A stretch of DNA of 51,886 bases, the filler included, from Candidatus Omnitrophota bacterium (GTDB lineage: Bacteria > Omnitrophota > Gorgyraeia > Zapsychrales > JBDRMG01): the NCBI GenBank assembly GCA_043812495.1. It is 3 parts of 3 records of this genome, joined end to end, with 100 filler letters (N's around TTAATTAATTAA, not from the genome) between each part and the next. Parts side by side here need not be neighbours in the genome. Positions count along the whole stretch, not along the records: positions 42,941 to 51,886 come from JBDRMG010000065.1; 2 more parts are not named here. The stretch is one strand, 5' to 3'. The position numbers were made by a program, and so were the translations under genes. The notes beneath the pieces were generated by a model that was given only the letters and a program-made list of their open reading frames with translations, was not told where the DNA came from and did not search any database. This document shows, in pieces, positions 45,901-51,886 of the stretch. The number at the start of each line of letters is the position of its first letter. The stretch's first letter is position 1.

Positions 45901-48900
45901 GGCAATACGGATTTTGAATTTCCGCTTGAGAAAAAACTAACACCCAAGCCTGCATTGTCTGACATGACCGGCTGGAGCATCGGCATAGATATCGGAGGCA
46001 GCAATATAAAAACAGTTCTTCTGAAGGGACGCGCAGTCATGGCGTCATTCTCTGAGCCTATCCAAAGAGGCGAAGGAGGAAAGTGGCTCAAGGAAAAAGT
46101 GCTGGAATTGATCGCAACAAAGATTGATGAAAAACGAATGATAGAAAGCAATGGGCCGATCACGGCCGTAGGAATCACTTTCCCGTCGCCGATAGAAAAA
46201 AGAGCGGATGGAACGGCAAGGGTCGTCAGGCTGACTAATTTTGAACGCTATTGGGCCGAGGCGCGCTCAGGAAATACTGATTTTAGCCAGGATTATGAAC
46301 ACATCAACGGCATTGCGCAGGCCGTTAAAGATCGCTTTGGAATTGAGACGGTCGCTGTTATGAATGATGCGAACGCGTTTGGGTTTGCTCAAGCCCTTGA
46401 GGACTATTATGCCAACGGACAAGCCTATGGCGAAGGAGTCAAAGTCATCTTGCCTATCGGAACGGGCCCGGGTTATGTCAAAATTAAAGACGGCATCGTT
46501 GAGGAAATTTCTCAACAAGGCGGACACATGGTGATTGATATGGCTTCTGATGCAGAGATAGACCCGGGTTGCGGCACAGCAGGATGTTATGGTGGCTATG
46601 TACCTGCGAGCGTAGCTGATTTGCGGGCAAAGAAAGTCGGAATAGACATTTCGGGAAGAGACAATCTTATCCCCACCGATCTTAATCATATGCTTCTGCT
46701 ACTGGAAGATATCGCCAATCACATTGCTATTGAGGCGGCGAAATTGCATATAATAACCGGGGCGACAGAAATTATCTTGGCAGGCGGAGTGACGCAGGAT
46801 AAAACAGGAGCCGTGCTTATTGATGAGGCGAATCAAGCCCTAAGAACAAGGTACCCTTGGCTAGAGCATAAAGTAGCCATAAACTTAAGCGCCTTAGACT
46901 TAAACTGGTCAGGCGCCAAGGGAGCCGCGCAGTACGCCCAAGCATTTTTGCAAACACAAGAAATCTCAAATCGACCAAAGTGGAATGAAGAATACGACCT
47001 GCCCGCAACAATAATCGGCACCGATCTTATTGCGTCAACACTCGGCGAGCTTAAAGACAACCGGTACTGTTTTATACTGACCAATGAAGTGCGCGCATAT
47101 TTAGAGCGTATGGGGTATATCTGGCTTGACGAGGAAAAGGTCGTGACGATTGATAATGCCGAAATCGAGCCGTTGCAGCAACACATACAAGACGCTGGCT
47201 ATTCCACTCTGGTTGTCATCGGGGCGGGCACAGTGATTGACTGGGCCAAATACATTGCTCAGCAACTTGATTTAAGAATGATATGCATCCCCAGCACGTT
47301 ATCGGCTAATGGTATGTTTACCGAAAAGGCCATCTTTTATTCAGGGAAAGGGAAGGTGAGACGGAGAGTATCAGAATATGCAAGGCCGCCTTCTAAGGTG
47401 CTCATGGATATTGGTCTGTTAAGGGATTTCCTCGGATTCACCTCAAGCACCGGAATCGGAGGCAAACGCGCCAACCGTGCGGGCGCGGGAGATATTGTGA
47501 GCATATTCCCCGCACTCCTCGATTGGCAGCTGGCCAAAACCCAAGGAAAAGAGGAAATCGATGAGGTGATATTCGAAAGGGCACAGAGCATTTTAGAAAT
47601 CTTAAGACAAACCGCGAGGCAAGTTCGCGACAATACGACATTGGGTATGATTATTCTCACCGAGCTGATGCTCGAAGCCTCATTGCTGAATATGCGCTAT
47701 GGCACCTCAAGACCCAAAGACGGAAGTGAGCATCTTGTGGGCGATGAAATGGAAAGACGACTCCCCGTCGGCACGCCGAGACTGCATGGTGAGATTGTTT
47801 CGGTCGCTACTATTATTATGTGTTATCTCTATAGAAATGAATATGAACCGGAAGTCTACGATAATACTAGAAAATTAATCAAGGACTTAGGTTTACCGGT
47901 TAGCCCGCATGCCATCAATGTGAGCAGAGACATCTTGGTGGACGCTTTAACGCATGTCCATATCAGAGCTGATAAGTATACTTATTTTGACAAATATCCG
48001 CCCGCAAGAGAAAAAGCAGAAATTTTATATGATGAGCTCTTTGGAGACAGGACAGATAGCCTTGTCGAATATGATTATCCGACGTCTCAATATGTGAGTA
48101 ATTCAGCGCGACTGCTTGATGAGCATATTACAAGTGAAGTGATTCCAAGCTTAGAAAGCGCACAGCTTTCGCAACTCGTCGATGCGTTAATCGAAACAAA
48201 AGAAAAAAGAGGACGAATTATCCTGAATGCCGCCGGACGGGTTGGCGAGGTGGCGGTATTCTTCGTTCAGAAACTAAGGGCCTTGGGTTATAACGTTGAT
48301 GATTTGAAGGAAATCACTCCGGAGTTTTTAATCGATCCAAATGATTTGATTATTACCTTGTCCGGCTCAGGGAAAACAGGTTCGGTCGTTGACAACATTA
48401 ACAATATTGTGCATATGCATAAGACAGGTAAGTTGCATAGGCCTATCTTTTCCATTACAGCACGTCGAGGAGTCGATACATGGGCCAAGGGTGATCCTTA
48501 TCATATGGTGATCAAGATCCCTGGCCGCTCCAAAGATGATTTTGCGCACAAAGAAGAAGAAGGCAATTCGGGCTGGCTGCCTCTATCTTCGACATTTGAA
48601 TACAGCGTGGCCCTCTACTTAGAAGGCGTCATCGAGATCCTGTCACGCGGCTCTACCTTAAAAGATGAGCGATTTGAAATACTGAAAGATGTCTTAAAAC
48701 TCTCCCAACGAATAAAAATGAATCTCATTCATAAGTTAAAAGACATAGAATTTCAGACAGAGGAATTTCTGCAAATATTATTAGAGGCGTATCGACATCA
48801 AGACAAAAGAATTTATTTGTTTGGTTTAGGCCAGAATAACTATGTAGCAAGATTATTCGCCAGAAGACTTCAAAATATTGGTCTTGATGTATTTGTGCCG

Positions 48901-51885
48901 GGTCCAAGAGACATCGTCTCAAGATCAAGGGTTGGTGATGTGGCTATATTCTTATCCAACTCAGGCAGCCGAGGACAAACATTCCAGAAGATTGAAACGG
49001 CCATAGAAGAGGGATGTTTTACCATCGTTGTTACGGCAGATCAAAATTCACAATTGGCTCAGAAAGCCGATTTGGTTCTCCATATTTCCGAAGAGACCAC
49101 ATCCTCTCATACAGCGGATATTATGGGAAATAATGATTATAGCATTTACCAGAGATTGCTGAAAAGATCCTTTGAGCTTATGAGCATGTTTTATCTTGAA
49201 GGGATCAGTGTTGCCTTAATGAAAAAATTAGGCCTTAAGGACAAAGACCTACAGCATGTCGCAAAGTCTTGGGAAATTAGCGCCAAAGGCTCCATGGCGC
49301 TTATGTTTGTCGCGCTAGCTATCGGTCTTGTCGCAAGCGGCTTGCTGTCTTTGGTCTTTTACTTTGTGGCCGCTATATTTTTCTTACAGTCCATCGATTT
49401 ATTCATAACGAGAGAAGCTCGCGCCGGGCCGTCGCACAATCTCATTGCTCCCTTCCGAAGAGCCCTTGATGCGAATCCCGCCAGCAATCAACTCGCCTAT
49501 GTTCAAGATCAAACATTATACGTCCATAAAGCGTCCATGGCCCGAAGACCGAAAGCGGTGCAGGTTTTCTATTATATGCATGAGCTTACCCACTTGTTCC
49601 TCGAAAAGATGAATATAAAAACAAAATTCCTGCAGGAGCCGCTGGCGTACTTGGCTCAAATTCCGCTATTGATCGTTTGGATATTCATTGTTATGGCAAA
49701 AATAATTTTGTGTGGCTTGCCGAAATTTACAGACGGTGAAAAGATCCTTTGGTCAACACCTGTGATTGCGGCACACGGGATGGAAAGTATTGAACAAGCC
49801 AGGGAAGCGATCGCCAGAGGAGCCAAAATGCTTGAAGTTGATGTTCAATTGACCAAAGATGGCCGGTTTGTCGCCATCTGGGGTAAGGTCAAAACAACTT
49901 CCGGCGAGAAATTAGTCTACGAACTTACAAAAGAAGAAATCAACACGGCCTTAGAACGGGAAGTTCTTGATCTGAAAGATTTATTCAAATTAGTTTCCGA
50001 AAAGGGTGCGGCGCTCATGCTGGATACAAAAGACTGGGCCCGCGATGTTCCCGGATATACAGATGAATATATTAAGAAACTTGCCGGCATGATCAGAGCG
50101 CATAATTTGCAAGGATTTATTCTTGCTTCGGCCTTTAACGATTATCCGGTTTTACTGAAGAAAAAGGTTCCCGAGGTCTTGGCGGGTCAATGCATGCACG
50201 TATCGGAAAATCCGTCAGAAGTCTTAGGCAGCTATATCGAACAGGCAGAAAAGTCTAATGCCGCGGTAATCGCTTTTCAGCCGCAAAAGTTGACAAGAAG
50301 CCTAATCGATAGAATGCATCAAGCGGGCTTATTCGTTCAAACAGGTTGGGATGAATTGGACAGGAAATTAGCCGGTGATATCGAAATTATATGGGCGGAT
50401 GATTATCAGGACGCATTGGCTGAGACAGAAAAAACAGAAAATCAAAACCTTGAGACAGGCTATAAAAAATCAATGGTCGCAACAAAGGCTTTCATCGCTG
50501 ACTTTAGCATGACCGTAGCCTTACCAGCTGAGGAAGGGGAGCAGTTCCCGCCATTCGAAATAGAATTAGGCCGGTTAGTGGCTGAAGAAATCATAGATGA
50601 ACAGCAAAGAACGGAATTCCTTCAATCAGTTGATCGAGCTTATGCCGAATTTATGAAAATTCGTCGTGATTTGGCTATTCCGTACCATGAACGAATGGAA
50701 ACTTGGCTCAAACCTTTTGTAGGCAAATTGCATCGAAGACATTTTGAGGCACTGGTGAAAGACTTTCGACTGAATCCCAACTTTATCAAGACAGTTGGCA
50801 TCATGAAAGAAGTCATGGCCCTTGACGGTATTAACATCAAAATAGCTACGGGCACTTTGACTCAGGTTATTGAAGCCTTTTTCGACAGAAAAGATGTTGC
50901 CCAACAGTTCAAAGAACACAATATTAATGTGCACACAATCATTGCGGCGGAACTAATTATGAATCAAGGCGGTTATTATACAGGAAGGATTAAAGAAGTA
51001 AACAATCCCCTTATTACGGTTGGTTCAGAAGCTTATTCTGAAGGAGAAATTGTTATCGGGGATGATGCGATGGAGCCATGGTTTACGCAGCAAGTTTTAA
51101 TCAATGCTCAAAGTTTTGATGAAAAGAAGATTCGGCAACAACTTCGAGGATATGATATTCGGTTAAGCAAATGCGAGCGCGGGGGTATATTCATTCAATT
51201 TGAATCTGCTGAAAGAACTCTTATCAGCGTTTCACCCAAATGGTCTATGGCCGGTTTTACCATGCAATTTGCCCAGCTTGCGCCAAACGCAAAATTAGCC
51301 TTAGATCAATCTCAAGGAACAATCTACGTCAAGGTGATCACTGGAAGACTTTCCAATATTAACCGTGGTGCCTTTGCAGAGCTGAAAGCCCTAAGAACAA
51401 CATTGGTCAAAGAAGAATATATTCAAGCCGGAATAGGGGGCGCTGTGGTTGCGATAGTTACCAAAACAAGAAATGCGCCCGCGTCCATAACCGATATGAG
51501 TCAAGCCAAAGTGACCGGTCCCATGCAAGAGTTTCTGACTTGGCATAGAGTTGACGAATACGCTTGGGGCAAGGAAGCCTTTAAAGATGAAGCCTTCTAT
51601 AATGTGCCGGCTTTTGAGCTTAATAACAGCCGAGGCGAACGCATTGCCTTTATTCAGCTCTGGAGCGCCGGTCTAGGCGTCAACTGCGGCATGCATAATC
51701 ACAAAGAAACCAATGCGGATAACACATTCTGCGAGATTCATCTCGGATTATTCAACGGCACAGGTCAGGGCGGCATGGTGGATGAACACGAAACACGGCT
51801 TCCCGTCAACGAAGGCGAAGAACACGGGCCGTTCTGGAAGGTCGATCCCAAAACAGGCAAGCCTGTCTTAAGAGAAAACGGCGCT
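42943..51885 (+). CDS. Giant multidomain membrane protein, partial (2981 codons visible, no stop before window end, 5' end at contig edge)
   Basis: Manual translation of frame +1 found no stop. Approximate domains: helical repeat x2 (43100-43560, 44430-44895), TM-HExxH module x2 (43594-44100, 49273-49720), ROK (45970-46940), G1PDH-like (47000-48045), SIS x2 (48100-49275), GDPD-like (49755-50410), HAD-like (50480-51120), AUDH-like cupin (51180-end). Confidence 0.93.
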
Positions 51886-51886
51886 G

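Noticed and set aside
44058..50934. Many short minus-strand ORFs in the track
   Set aside because: Shadows of the uninterrupted + strand giant ORF, which carries recognisable domains.
19436..51886. Apparent linkage of the T2SS cluster with the giant gene, and of the PKS with the T2SS
   Set aside because: They lie on different contigs joined by artificial spacers, so proximity here is not evidence.

Overview
The window is three contigs joined by 100-nt artificial spacers (N-run with TTAATTAATTAA at 18959-19058 and 42841-42940), so adjacency across the spacers carries no information. The 16S fragment has PVC-type signatures, and the gene content (giant ORF, T2SS-like cluster) fits Ca. Omnitrophota; this assignment is an inference. 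Contig 1 (1-18958, all minus strand) holds the 5' end of a 16S rRNA gene with its promoter. It also holds a long co-oriented cluster with a type II (aromatic) PKS (KSalpha, CLF with Arg in place of the active-site Cys, ACP, two cyclase types, SDR, MFS) and a B12-binding radical SAM enzyme. The cluster further contains a nucleoside phosphorylase / MtnA-like isomerase / class II aldolase-SCP2 fusion / aldehyde dehydrogenase block. Contig 2 (19059-42840) holds an IS30 end, T2SS/T4P-like genes, amidase-murI-queDCEF-rph and a ~6 kb island of modular secreted proteins with a direct-repeat-flanked BrnT-type TA pair. It continues with rdgB, an AsmA-like gene and a promoter-driven tRNA-Pro 5' end that is interrupted in the D-loop by a GIY-YIG element, itself hit by an IS701-like element. 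Contig 3 (42941-51886) is one stop-free + strand frame of 2981 codons, absent from the ORF track. It strings ROK, G1P-dehydrogenase-like, 2xSIS, GDPD-like, HAD-like and AUDH-cupin domains together with repeated membrane HExxH modules. Several intergenic palindromic repeat families are present, one with compensatory base changes and kink-turn-like motifs. All family assignments are by motif recognition and manual translation; no searches were run.
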